This document shows, in pieces, positions 39,572 to 53,074 of a DNA stretch of 64,000 bases (the stretch's first letter is position 1; each line of letters starts with the position of its first letter). Below the pieces are notes generated by a model. That model was not told the DNA's origin. It did no database searches and saw nothing but the letters and a program-made list of their open reading frames with translations. The DNA is from Octopus vulgaris (taxonomy: Eukaryota): contig OX597829.1 of NCBI GenBank assembly GCA_951406725.2, positions 39,246,001 to 39,310,000 on the forward strand, in the 5' to 3' direction. A program made the translations under genes and the position numbers.

Positions 39572-42500
39572 TATTTCTACAACTTCCAACACCACCAGTA
39601 ACATCACTTTTAACAATAACAAGAACAACAGCTGTCACCGCCGCTACCACCACCACCACCACCACCACCATAATTAATTAGCTACACCCATCACTGCCAC
39701 TACCACCACCACCATCACTGTTGCTAGGGCGACCAATTCCTATCATCCTTACCCACCACTGCTATTGTTACTCTCATCATCCCACTCTCACCAACACCAC
39801 CACCATCACTAACCCCCCCACCTCACCCCATCCACACATCCACCTGTAGTCACTTTTATGTTTCGGTCAATTTTTAGAAATTTTAATTTGTTACAGAATG
39901 TTAAGAGACTGTCTGAAAGCCGTCAAATGCTCAATGGACCAAAACTGAATAAAATTTTAAAGAATTTTTTTCGAAACAGCTCGAGGCCTGTATGTAGGTC
40001 ACAGCACACCTGTTGCCAAACCTTGTTCTAAAGAGACAAGATGGTCACGTTTGGAATGTCTATGAGACTGAACTGCAGTTCTATTATCCTGTCAATCATG
40101 CATGGCATGCCTATGACCATAATGGGTTGTAGGACTCTCACACTACCTTAGTTTAATATTTCTGAAGTAGATCTGGAGTAGGGTGGGCATGTCCTCAATA
40201 AGATCACAAATGGTGACAAAAGGATTTCAACAAATTTAACAGACTAGTTGATTAACTGAACAATCAACTAAATCAATTAGTTAACTGGTTAAATATTTGA
40301 CCAATTGATAAATAAATAACAAAGTAGTAGAACCAGTATGTGTAATGACCTTCCCAAGATACAATGAAATATGGTTCACAGTTGTGTAATTATTTTAACC
40401 AAGTCTCCAAGATGCATCAATTTCAGCAGTCCACAAGGGATCACAAAGGATATTGTCACTGATAAAACAACAAACCACAAGGTATTTTGTCCGGCATTCT
40501 ACAGATTATTCTCATTCACAATCAAACAAGGATATATTTTGATAAACTAGAGAGAACATATTTTTATTATCTAACTTTAATCAAGTTCATCATCATCATC
40601 ATCATCATCGCTTAATGTCCGCTTTCCATGCTAGCATGGGTTGGATGATTTTGACTGAGGGCTGGCGAACCAAATGGCTGCACCAGGCTCCAATCTTGAT
40701 CTGGCAGAGTTTCTACAGATGGATGCCCTTCCTAACGCCAACCACTCCGAGAGTGTAGTGGGTGCTTTTTACATGCCACCGGCACGGGCGCCAGTCAGGC
40801 GGTACTGGCAATGACCTCGCTCAAATCTTTTTACACGTGCCAGTGAAGCGACGTTGGTAACGATCACGCTCAAATGGTGCCCTTTTACGTGCCACAGGTA
40901 CGGAAGCCAGTTGGCTGCTCTGGTAACGATTACGCTTGGATTAGCACCCTACTAGCACATGCATAAATGCCAGTAAGGCAACGCTGGTAACAATCATACT
41001 CGAATGATGCCCTTTTTATAAATAAAAATTAATTTGTTTATTTATTGTAGATCAGTGGTTTTCAATCAGGTCCACATAAGATTTAAGGTGGTCCATGTAA
41101 CAAAATAATAAATTGAGTACCCACAATAATATTCTAAGGGCCTCTGAAAAAATTTTGTTATAGATGTATGTATTGGTGTGTATTGCAAGAAACAGTTTTC
41201 TTTCTCTAACATTTTAAAACATAGTTCAATTTACACAATCTGTGGAAAAGAAAATAGGAATTTTGAAAGAAGTATATATATAGGCACAGGAGTGGCTGTG
41301 TGGTAAGTAGCTTGTTTACCAACCACATGGTTCAGGGTTCAATCCCACTGCGTGGCACTTTGGGCAAGTGTCTTCTACTATAGCCTCAGGTCGACCAAAG
41401 CCTTGTGAGTGGATTTGGTAGATGGAAACTGAAAGAAGCCCATCGTATATATGTATATATATATATATATGCGTGTGTGTGTTTGTGTGTCTGTGTTTGT
41501 CCCCCCTAGCATTGCTTGACAACCGATGCTGGTGTGTTTACGTCCCCGTCACTTAGCAGTTCGGCAAAAGAGACCGATAGAATAAGTACTGGGCTTACAA
41601 AAGAATAAGTCCCGGGGTCGAGATGCTCAATTAAAGGCGGTGCTCCAGCATGGCCGCAGTCAAATGACTGAAACAAGTAAAAGAGTAAAGAGTAAAGAGT
41701 ATAATACTAGTTTTTAAACATCAAATGGCTATAGAGGTCTACCAGAATAAAACAGTAATCAAAGGGATCCACAGATAAAAAAAAAAATTCGAGAACCTCT
41801 ATCATAAATATTCAAACTTATTTTATTCAATTTTTTGTAATAAAGTAATAAACACACACACACAAATAATAAAAGTGTAATAGACAAATGAAGAAATTAC
41901 ACAAAATATATTACATGTTTTTTTTCCTCCATTATTTTAGAACCATTTGTCTACGCTAAAATGGGTGAGATGGCACATGTGTTGCATCAATGTGGAAGCA
42001 GGAGTGGAATGTGTATTTCTTTTTTGCTTATTTTTTTCAGTCAATTGGGTTAACTAGGGCAAGAAGAATTCAGTGTCTCAATTGTATGATAATGAAATGG
42101 TAGCCAAGGAAGCTATTCCTACAACTACTATACCTCAAATGAAACACAAACTATGAAAAACACTTTTAAAGCAGTGTAGTATATATATATATATAATTTT
42201 TTTTACCGTATGTGAGTTACAAATATTGTTGTTTATGGAGACATATTTTTGTAGAAAAAGGAAATAGTAGTCCTTTGGCTACTATTTCTAAAATTTTCGG
42301 TATGTGGTGAAGCAACTTGTTGCAAACCCTTATTGTTATAATTATATAAGTTTATACCGAATATAGTCCTTTTCCATACCGAAATACTACTAAGTGAAAT
42401 TTGTTGATTTTTATTAAATTAATTATCTTTCACCCTATATCTGTAATGAGTATATATATATATATTGTGTGTGTGTGTGTATCATCAACATCATCATCGT

Positions 42501-42829
42501 TTAACATCCGACTTCTGTACTGGCAAGGACTATTCAGTTCATTGTTAAAGATGAAGTTTATAGTCTGAAGAATTATAATCTTATTAGCAATACCTCGTCT
42601 CTGACATTTAAATGTTTAACCTAATTAAGCAGATTTTTTTTTTTTCATAAATATTCTGCTTAGTAAGTTTTACAGCTGTATTTGCTTAGTAAATGACTTC
42701 ATCTCAGAGAGTGTTGAAACTGAAGTATGACATTATAGAAGAACCATTTTAGCCACCTAAACCCACAAAATAATCTATTAACTCTTTAAGAGTAAGATTA
42801 TTCTGTGAACTGTAATGCTTATTTATTCA

Positions 42830-44220
42830 CATCATCATCATCATCATCGTTTAACGTCCGCTTTCCATGCTAGCATGGGTTGGATGGTTCAACTGGAGTC
42901 TGGGAAGCCCAAAGGCTGCACCAGGCCAGTCAGATCTGGCAGTGTTTCTACAGCTGGATGCCCTTCCTAACGCCAACCACTCCGTGAGTGTAGTGGGTGC
43001 TTTTTACGTGCCACCGACACAGGTGCCAGACGAGGCTGGCGAAAGGCCACGCTCGGATGGTGCTTTTTACGTGCCACCTGCACGGAGGCCAGGCAAGGCT
43101 GGCAACAGCCACGATCGGATGGTGTTTGTTACGTGCCACTGGCATGGAGGCCAGTCGATGCGGTGCTGGCTATGGCCACGTTCGGATGGTTCTCTTATGT
43201 GCCACTAGCACTGGTACCACAACTACAAATTCCATTGATGTTGATCGATTTCGATTCGATTGGATTTTTTGATTTTTTTCACTTGCCTCAACAGGTCTTC
43301 ACAAGTAGAGTTATGTGTCCCAAGAAGGAAGGTATGCACAGGTGGACTGACTACGTCCCAGGTAGGGGCCACGGGTTATGGCCTCACTTGTCCTGCCGGG
43401 TCTTCTCACGCACAGCATACTTCCAAAGGTCTCGGTCTCTGGTCATTTCCTCGTTGAGACCTAAAGAGCGAAGGTCATGCTTCACCACCTCGTCCCAGGT
43501 TTTCCTGGGTCTACCTCTTCCACAGGTTCCCTCAACCACTAGGGTGTGGCACTTTTTCACATAACTATCTTCATCCATTCTTACCACATGTCCATACCAG
43601 CGTAGACATCTCTCTTGCACACCACAACTGATGCTTCTTAGGTCCAACTTTTTTCTCAAGGTACTTACACTCTGTCGGGTATGCACACTGACATTACACA
43701 TCCATCAGATCATACTGGCTTCATTTCTTGCAAGCTTACGCATATCCTCAGCAGTCACAGCCCATGTTTCACTGCCATGTAGCATTGCTGTTCGTACACA
43801 TGCGTCATACAGTCTGCCTTTTACTCTGAGTGAGAGGCCTTTTGTCCCTAGCAGAGGTAAGAGCTCTCTGAACTTTGCCCAGGCTATTCTTACTCTAGCA
43901 GTTACGCTTTCAGCACACCCGCCTTCGCTACTGACTTGATCACCTAGGTAACGGAAACTATCAACTATTTCTAGTTTTTCTCCCTGGAATGTGGCAGAAG
44001 ATGGTCTCTGTGCATTTTCAGTGTTTATTGCACGCCACATACGAAAACTATCTTCCTTGTTAGCCTTCCTTTGACATTGCTGCACCTCTTATGTGTCCAT
44101 AGCTTACACTGGGTACATCTTATAGAGTTCCTACCTATGCCTTTTCTACAGATCGAGCAGGGCCATCTACCTGAAGGCGTTTGTGATTTGTCTACCTTCC
44201 TACTTATTAGAACTTTGGTT
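42830..44220 (-). mobile_element. RTE-clade LINE, 5'-truncated, about 1.4 kb
   Basis: FRYLGD, AWAKFREL, LYDACVR.AMLHGSETW, LRWYGHV and GRGRPRKTW motifs; WPCSIC zinc finger; (gat)n tail; frameshifted. Confidence 0.92.
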
Positions 44221-44509
44221 TAAAAAAAAAAACAAACTAATTGCGCATCATCTCAAAGCTTTGAGATTTTGATAATGTGATTGTTTAATTTTTACAATGA
44301 CATTGTAGGTTAGGTGTGAGAGGCCAGATTTGGTTGTTTAAATGCTAAAGGGTTAAATCCACTTTTCATTTATCTCTTGAAAAGTCAACATTCACATGAA
44401 AAAACATGCAAACTGATCACTCAAAATGCCTCCACTGCAAGTGTCTGAAGCTTAATGCTCTATTTTTGTTTTCTTTTTTCTTTAGTCATTTCTTTCCTGT
44501 TGAACTTAC

Positions 44510-44776
44510 ACAGAGGCAGCCTTCGTTGATCGACACCCGCATAGGCCACGTTTCACAGCCATAGAGAAGTACTGTACGAATGACGGCCTGACATATTCGC
44601 CCTTTGGTCACCAATGAGATCTCCCTTCGGTCCCACAGACACTGCTTTAGGTGTCCAAAGGCAGATCAAGCAGGACCGTCGTGTGTGGGCTGCCATGGTT
44701 CGAGATGTCTCGAGGGTGGTAGAAGAAGCTGACTCGACCCGCCCAGGGTAAATGTCGCCACAAGTAAGTAAGTAAG
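44510..44776 (+). mobile_element. Short RTE-like 3' end with (aagt)n tail
   Basis: QDRRVWAAMVRDV motif followed by ccagggtaa...caagtaagtaagtaag. Confidence 0.5.
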
Positions 44777-45247
44777 AACTTACACAGATATAGGGATCTA
44801 CTGTATACGTACATGCTGAATGTCGGTGACCTCTAGACACAAGTAATTGTTAGCCATTCCCTAGTTCCATTCTTTAGTCTGTATATATAACTTACTGCAT
44901 ATATATTTTTATCACCATTCAATGATGGCATTATCACCAGTGTTACAGACAATGGACTAACAAAATCATTAGTGTTGGAGAGAATGCTTTGTGAAGTTTC
45001 TTTCCAACTCTTGATATCCTTAGTTCAACGTTGTCTTTCATTTCTCTGGGGGACAATAAAATAAAGTACAAGCTGAGAGCTCCCAGTGGTGTCGGGCGTC
45101 AATGAAGAGCCCTCGACTACAAGACGACCAAAGCTTTTTTTTTTTCCTTCCAAGGTCTGGGGTCTCCCGCCCCTAAGCCCTAGACCATCACCTAATCACC
45201 CTTATCCATCTTGCTTAACAACAACAGTATCAGCAACAACAACAACA

Positions 45248-45395
45248 ATATCGAAAAATACCTTAGGAATAAGAACCCAGGTTCGAAATTTTCCCAAGAC
45301 ACCTGATGCAGGCTGGAGGGTATATCAGCCGAAACGTGTTAACAACAAACAAGATGAGGACAAATATCCATCAAATGTAAATAATGTAAATAATA
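45248..45395 (+). mobile_element. Short PLE-like remnant with a degenerate hammerhead (45299-45340)
   Basis: acac-CTGATGC-a-ggctg(10 nt)cagcc-GAAAC-gtgtt; A9 is mutated and the cleavage site is damaged. Confidence 0.5.
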
Positions 45396-46462
45396 TAATT
45401 AAGAACAGCCTTTGTAATTTTGGCACATGGTGAATAAATTTGAGAGGAGGTAAGTTATTGATTACATTAACTCCCGTACTCAACTTGTACTTTATTTTAA
45501 TGACCTTGAAAGGATGAAAGGTAATATTATCATCATCATCATTTAATGAACATCAGTGGAATTTGACTCAGACCATAAACCAAAAGGAGTGCTGCTAAAT
45601 ATCTTGGCATAATAATACTAAAGCTATTTTTGTTATCATTAGCCATACAGGGTTAATGAAGGTAGTTAAATGAATTATTATTTGTTCAGCTCCCGCTGAG
45701 GTTAACTTTTCCTTTCATTCTTTTGGAGTTGATATAAAAGTACTAGTCTTAATGAGGTCTACCTGCAGAACTATCAGGGCATCAGACAAGATGCCCTGTA
45801 GTATTTGCTCAACTCTTTGCATTCTGGGATCAAATTCATCATGGTGCCAATGACTAAACCAATCAATCAACCAACCACATGAATACTTATATAAACTGCA
45901 ATTAGCTAACATTGACAGGCAGGCTTACAAGCAGCATAGATAAACCAGCAATGTCTTGCTGAAGTTGTAGTTCTGTTTTGGATGAGAGACTTAAAAGGAG
46001 ATAAAGATGGGCACATCCAAGTAAGGGGCTCGTATTGCATATAGCCATACGGTGGTCGATTAGGGTCAACAGACAGCATTCTTAGTATGTTGGACAATTT
46101 TCTCACAATTCTACCTCTTTATGTTCTATATTCAAATCCCAGCAAGGTTGAGTTTACCTTTCACGTCTCAGGGATCAATAAATAAAGTGCTAGTCAAGAA
46201 CTAGAACTGATCCACCCCTACACTCTCTGTACCTTTCACTCTCTCTCTATATATATATACTCTTTTACTTGTTTCAGTCATTTGACTGCGGCCATGCTGG
46301 AGCACCGCCTTTAATCGAGCAACTCGACCCAGGACTTATTCTTTTGTAAGCCCAGTACTTATTCTATCGGTCTCTTTTGCCGAACCACTAAGTGACGGGG
46401 ACTAAACACACCAGCATCGGTTGTCAAGCAATGCTAGGGGGACAAACACACTCACACAAACA

Positions 46463-46524
<62 letters not shown>

Positions 46525-47015
46525 TACGACGGGCTTCTTTCAGTTTCCGTCTACCAAATCCACTCACAAGGCTTTGGTCGGCCCGAGGCTATAGTAGAAG
46601 ACACTTGCCCAAGGTGCCACGCAGTGGGACTGAACCCGGAACCATGTGGTTGGTAAACAAGCTACTTACCACACAGCCACTCCTGTGCCTATATATATTT
46701 TTCACTTTCTCAGAATCAGCTATGTTATAGTGTGAGACAGTTGTATGGGAAACCGTTCAATGTCCTTTTCCTCCAAATAACGGAGGATGGTAAATCCAAG
46801 GGTAAGCAATCTTGTCTTCTTGTTACAAAAGACATCCAAAGAAACGACCGGTTACATGGAAGTAGCAGACTTACATGCAGAATTCTACAGAATGGTTAAC
46901 AATAAAAAAAATCATAAAGCTGGAATTTTTTTATATAACAATGTAAACAGAGAAAAGGAAAGAATTAAAAGTATATCAATCAACAATTCTACTAGGTTAA
47001 ATATTTTTGACATAC

Positions 47016-47124
47016 CACAAGCTAAGTGCGTCATCTTTATTTTCACAATATCTGGTAGTTGGCCTTTATCCCAAGATTCTTTAAAAATCTCCAGCTTCCG
47101 TTTTACTTCCTCAATTGTTCGGAC
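47016..47124 (-). CDS. SRA1: SRA1-like exon 4: VRTIEEVKRKLEIFKESWDKGQLPDIVKIKMTHLAC
   Basis: Acceptor ttcttttcttattag|GT, donor G|gtatgt; 109 bp, phase 0 to 1. Aligns by eye to the SRA1/Sec31-type helical domain (human [29 protein letters not shown], recalled from memory). Missing from the ORF track. Confidence 0.92.
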
Positions 47125-47240
47125 CTAATAAGAAAAGAATATATAAAATCTATCATATATATATATATACTGTAAATTTAGGGTGAATACTTGATAAGTG
47201 TAAGCACCTGTATACGCAAACTAGTGGCAGAGGTGAGAGG

Positions 47241-47538
47241 GTATATATATCAAAAATCAAAAACAGAACACAAAGGATGTCGTGGTACACGTGTTTCAAG
47301 CTTTATAAAAGACCTATTCTTACACCAGTGTATAATAGATATAAAGGATGGTTTAAAGCTCTCTTCAGCCACATGCAATTGTTATTCCAAAGGGTTACAT
47401 CACACTATGAAAAATAGAACTTTAAACCATCCTTTATATCTATTATACACTGATGTAAGAATAGGTCGTTCATAAAGCTTGAAACACGTGTACTGCGGCA
47501 TCCTTTGTGTTCTGTTTTTGATTTTATTTGATATATGT

Positions 47539-47542
<4 letters not shown>
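47241..47542. repeat. Long inverted repeat (about 120-bp arms, about 53-bp spacer)
   Basis: 47241-47362 is the reverse complement of 47416-47542 with few differences. Confidence 0.9.
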
Positions 47543-47585
<43 letters not shown>

Positions 47586-47930
47586 CATACATACATATAT
47601 ATGCATACATATATATATATATACATACATACATACATATATACATACATACATACATATATATATATGCATACATATATACATATATATATATGCATAC
47701 ATATATACATATATACATACATATATATATATACATACATATATACATATATACATACATATATATATATACATACATATATATATATATACATACATAT
47801 AAATATATATATACATGCATACATATATATATATATATATACATGCATACATACATACATATATATATACATACATACATATATATATACATACATACAT
47901 ACATACATATATATACATACATACATATAT

Positions 47931-47963
<33 letters not shown>

Positions 47964-48128
47964 CATACATACATACATATATATACATACATACATATAT
48001 ATACATACATACATACATATATACATATATACATACATATATATACATACATACATACATACATATATATATACATATATATACATATATATATACATAT
48101 ATATACATATATATATACATATATATAG
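47535..48128. repeat. About 600-bp compound (TA)/(TACA) microsatellite
   Basis: Direct reading; source of several spurious long ORFs. Similar tracts at about 780-847, 21478-21660, 24750-24915, 33450-33770 and 36688-36757. Confidence 0.97.
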
Positions 48129-48252
48129 GTGCAGACGTGGTTGTTATAAGATAAGAAGCTTGATTCTCCAGGTTTAGTCCCACTGTGTGACACCTTGAGC
48201 CAATCAAAGCCTTGTGAGTGGATTTAGTAGATGGAAACTGAAAGAAGCCCAT

Positions 48253-48283
<31 letters not shown>

Positions 48284-48464
48284 ATCTATGTGTCTGTGTT
48301 TGTCCCCACATCACCACTTGACAACTGGTGTGTTTATATCCCCGTAACTTAGCAGTTTGGCAAAAGAGGCCGATAGGATAAGTACTAGGCTTAAAAAAAA
48401 AGTCCTGGGGTTTGTTTGACTAAACCTCTTCAGGGTGGTTCTCCAGCATGAAACAAGTAAAAGA

Positions 48465-48500
<36 letters not shown>

Positions 48501-48823
48501 CTGTGTGTGTGTATCGTTGCTATAATATTAAACTGTTGTATGTCCAAATTTGACCAAATGCGTTTGTTTCAATATTTAATTTTGGTTGCAATAGCCGTTT
48601 TTTTTTTTAGTCAAACTATCTTATCTCCAGCTGCTTCAGATTTTCTGCAGCCAAATGACCTTCCTGTTCATCAACTCTCACCTGTTTCCAAGTAAGATAA
48701 TATTTCCCCATGCCCAGACATATTAGAAACGAAGGACACCACTTGTATGAGGGTGGCACTTCTTTACGACAATCACACTTTGTCAATACAAAGTGACACT
48801 AGATCACACACACATGCATATAC

Positions 48824-49556
48824 ACGACCTGGGTGTTATTGTCGACAGTGATTTGTGTTGGACAAAACACATCGCCAAAAGTGTCAAGAAGGCTGAGGGT
48901 GTCTTGGCATCACTCACCAAATCCTTTGTGAGCCGCTCTCCGGCTATCTATCTGCGGCTTTATATAGCTATGGTAAGACCTCACCTGGAATTTGCATCAC
49001 CGGTCTGGAACCCCTATCTTGCCCAGGACATCAATCGTCTGGAAGCTGTTCAGCGACGTGCAACCAAAAGAATACCCTCCATCAGGCATTTGCCATATCC
49101 TGAACGTCTTACTTCCCTGGGCATGGACACATTGAAACTCCGACGTCTGGCAGCTGACCTGGCAGACACCCATAAAATTATCAACCATTGCACAAACAAT
49201 AACACTGAGCACCTCTTCAAACTCCACCCATCTAACACCCGTGGACATATTTACAAAGTAAGAAAACAGCACAGCTCCCATGACTTCAGGAAACATTTTT
49301 TCACGCTGAGAGTTGCTGAAGCGTGGAACAAACTGCCGGCATCGGTTGTTAGTTGTCGGAGCACTGCATCCTTCAAGACTTCCATGCTTCCTGAGATTCG
49401 CCAACACTACACTTGATTTTCTCCCCTCCATACACACACAAGCATGTTCACTTTCCAGACATTTCTACATTACTGCATGTACTTTATATGCACTTTCTGA
49501 CAAGTTGTGGTGCACCTGAGCACTGTATACAATAATTTCATTATTATTATTATTAT
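48824..49556 (+). mobile_element. CR1-type LINE 3' fragment with open C-terminal frame
   Basis: DLGV, LY..MVRPHLEFASPVWNP, LEAVQRRATK, TRGH and FFTLRV..WNKLP motifs; (att)n tail. Confidence 0.92.
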
Positions 49557-52556
49557 CATTTAATATCTGTCTTACACACACACACATGATGGGCTTCTTT
49601 CATTTTCTGTCTATTAATTCCTCTCACAAGTCTTTGGTCAGCCTGGAGCTATAGTTAAAGACACTTGCCCATGGTTCCATGCAGTGGGACTGAACCTGTA
49701 ACCAAGTAGTTGTGAAACAAGCTACTTAACCATACAACCATGCCTGGATGAAAAAAAAAAGAATTCTACTTCTGAAACGCTTTATAAAATGTAAAATAAT
49801 TACAAATATGTTATACAATAAGCTATAATCGCTATGGTTACAACACGATATTAATTAGAAACAGTAAAAATTCAAGAACATTTTTCTTTAAAAAGATATC
49901 AAATGATTTCTTGGAAAAATTTTTAATTTAAATATTTATCAAAAAATGTGCAGCAGATTAGTATTTAGTGAAATGGGTTGTGATGGTAAAAAGGCTGGGA
50001 ACTATTGAAATGGTGTTTGGACTCAGTTTTCAGAAGCATTTGAAGACTTGGTTGACATATATATATATATATTTTTTTAATTATGGATTCAAGAGGAGAC
50101 AACTCTATCACGTCATACTCTCGAAATGTATTTCACTGAGGCAGAGTTTTCTTGTTTTGTTCACTTCATAGAAACAATATACAGAAGTTCAAGACAGATT
50201 ATAAATTGGAATGATATAAAGAGTAGGGAGAAAACTTCATGTCCCTATTACCTAGAATTTTATACAAGTGACCAACTAAAGGAACTCAATCTGCTACAAA
50301 CAGCAGTTAAATCTCCCTGAAATTGCACCAAGCTATCTTGACCCCTTTTTTTTTGTCAAAAATGTAGGCCATATATCTGAAGAAGTTTGCTTCCCAACCA
50401 TGTGGTTTGGGGTTCAGTCCTACCACGCAGCACCTTGGGCAGTTGTCTTCTAATGTAGCTTCAGACTGACCAAAGCTTTAGTGAGTGAATTTAGTAAGTG
50501 GGAACAAAATTTTGTTGCGTGTGTGTGAATGTGCTTGTACACTGACTTTATTTTAATTAATTTTGAAAATAATGAAGAATTTTGTGAAATAAGTTTATCA
50601 TTGGAACATAAACTAATATGAAATTCTGATAGAAAATTTGAATAAAAGCTTGTATTATACAATTAGGAATAGCATTGGGTGGGTTCATATCATGAGTCAA
50701 ATAATGCATAAAATGTAGTGTATCACACTTCTAACTAGAAAGGGTATGGCCTGTAATGATATGCATAAGATCTGGTCATCAAATCTAAGTAGAGATTTCA
50801 AACTTAAAATCTTCAAAGCCACAGTCGAACCAATTCTTAGAAACCTGGACGTTATCAAAGAAGCTTGAGAGGCGGTTGGATGGAACTTACACTCGCCTCC
50901 CTATGAGAGCTCAAATATATCTTGTGGAAGCGTCATCCAACCAAAGTACAAATATATGGGAAATTACCACCTGTGTCATCTCTTTTGAAAGATAGAAGAA
51001 TCCAGTTTGCTGGACATTGTTGTAGAGCTGAAAACAAGGTAATTTTTACTCTTCTCCTCTGGAAGCCATCCGCTCGCGATACCAGAGAGCACACACTCTC
51101 CTACCCTGATGTAATCTCCAGGGATACAGGCATCCAGCAACAGGACCTCCGTAATGCTATGATGGACCGTGAGGTCTGGTGCAACATAGTAAATTCCATT
51201 GTCTCGACCACGGTCGAAGAATGAATGAATGAGTGTATCACATACAAAACTGAGATGGTCATGGTTGAAACACTTTTGATCATAGGTCTAGTGACCAGCA
51301 CCGACCAGGGGCTAAATAACAGTAATAATAATGCAAGTACTATAAATCAAAGATACAAATAGCTGATATGAGCCATTGAGGTTGTTTTCTCAAACATCCT
51401 ACCATTTTAGAAATAGAATACATTGGATGATGTAGTCTGAGGTGTCTTGTCTTCATCCTATGAAAAAAGGTGGGATGATCATGGTAGGAATGTCTTTTTA
51501 TCATAGGTTTGCTAATGTCAGAGATAAGCTGGGATTAAACCACAACAAACTGCTACATTTCATCCAAATTTTTGAGCAATGGAATAATTTGGGATTATCA
51601 TTATTATACCCAGACATATTCATCAGTTGTATTCTCTCCATTGTGAGGGTAACAGCCAAAATAAAGACATTCTGATAACCTCCAGATGCCCATGGTATTT
51701 GATAATGTTCTCAGAATTTGAAACCAAACTTTTTATCAAATCCAGAAGGGTAGGTAGTTCTGATTTTGTGTACCTATTTGTTCATACCATGTACCTTTTC
51801 CTTCTTTGGTCACTAAAACTCTGCTTGCGAAGACCTGTTGAGGCAAGTGGAATCAATCAAAATCAAAATCAAATTCGATGACTGGCGTCCGTGCTAGCAG
51901 GGTGCAAAGAGCACCATACGAGCGTGATCATTGACAGAGCGGCTAACCGGCTTCAGTGCCAGTGGCACTTAAAAGGCACCATCCGAGCGTGATCATTGTC
52001 AGAGCAGCCAACTGGCTTCTGTGCAAGTGGCATGTAAAAGGGCACCATTCGAGCGTGATCGTTACCAACATCACCTTACTGGCACCTGTGCTGGTGGCAT
52101 GTGTAAAAAGATTCGAGCGAGGTCGTTGCCAGTACCACCTGACTGGCCACCATGCCAGTGGCACATTAAAAGCACCCCCTACACTCTCGGAGTGGTTGGC
52201 GTTAGGAAGGGCATCCAGCTGTAGAAACTCTGCCAAATCAAGATTGGAGCCTGGTGCAGCCATCTGGTTTGCCAGCCCTCAGTCAAAATCGTCCAACCCA
52301 TGCTAGCATGGAAAGCAGACGTTAAACGATGATGATGATGATGTACTTTCTTCTTGATTAATATGCAACAAGCGAAACCACCACACCACTACTTTGTTAC
52401 ATTTCAACCAGAAGCTTGTATGTCAATATCAATGACTTGCAAGCAGATAATATTTTGTTATGCAACCAAAATATGCAACAAAGTATATTAAATATTTTCA
52501 AAAGTCAACACTGTGTACTACTGTGTTAGCAGTGCACTTAAATCGTGTTAAAGTTA

Positions 52557-53074
52557 TCTATATATATAAAACTGTAGTTGTGTGAGTGTCTGTCCCCTTC
52601 GATTTAGATTCCTAACTACTCCCACATTTTGCGGTGCAGTTTAACCAAATTCGGGTATCTTATAGTCGTGATTCATATCGAGCCCGTCTGAGTATTAGCA
52701 CGCGTCTACGATGAGTCTATGATTTAAAAAAATAATTTAACATCATTTTTTATTCCATTTTAATGCATAATTTTTCGTGTGTCGATGGCGGCGGAGTTGG
52801 CGTCCACGCTCAAACACCTGCACCTGTGTTTGCTTCTCCCCCTTCTTCCCTCCCTCGTGAAGCTGTGGGGAAGGGAGTGTAAGGAAATCAACGTCGTAAT
52901 GCGTTGTCAAGGAGACCAGCGTTCTTTTAGAACAACGACTTCATGGCTTGAAGACACCAAAACAGAAATGGCTAAGAAAGCCCGAATTGGCATCTATAAA
53001 GGAAGTAACTCTCTAAAAATGCTTATATAGTTATTTCCCTTACAAACCCGAGCAACGCCGGGCGATACTGCTAG
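52557..53074 (+). mobile_element. Non-autonomous Helitron
   Basis: A|TC 5' end, subterminal hairpin cccg-a-gc(aac)gc-cggg, CTAG|T 3' end, no TSD. Confidence 0.85.

Noticed and set aside
46875-46884. 10-nt micro-exon candidate (ctgtag|AATTCTGCAT|gtaagt)
   Set aside because: Frame-shifting, and exons 4 and 5 already join in frame with continuous homology.
47400-48252. Long ORFs (200-260 aa) of Y/I/C/M/V/H/T, and the many similar YIYI/THTH/CVCV ORFs elsewhere
   Set aside because: Translations of (TA)/(CA)/(TACA) microsatellites that lack stops by composition.
48793-49416. 207-aa ORF as a host gene
   Set aside because: It is the C-terminal part of a CR1 LINE ORF2, 5'-truncated and followed by the LINE tail.
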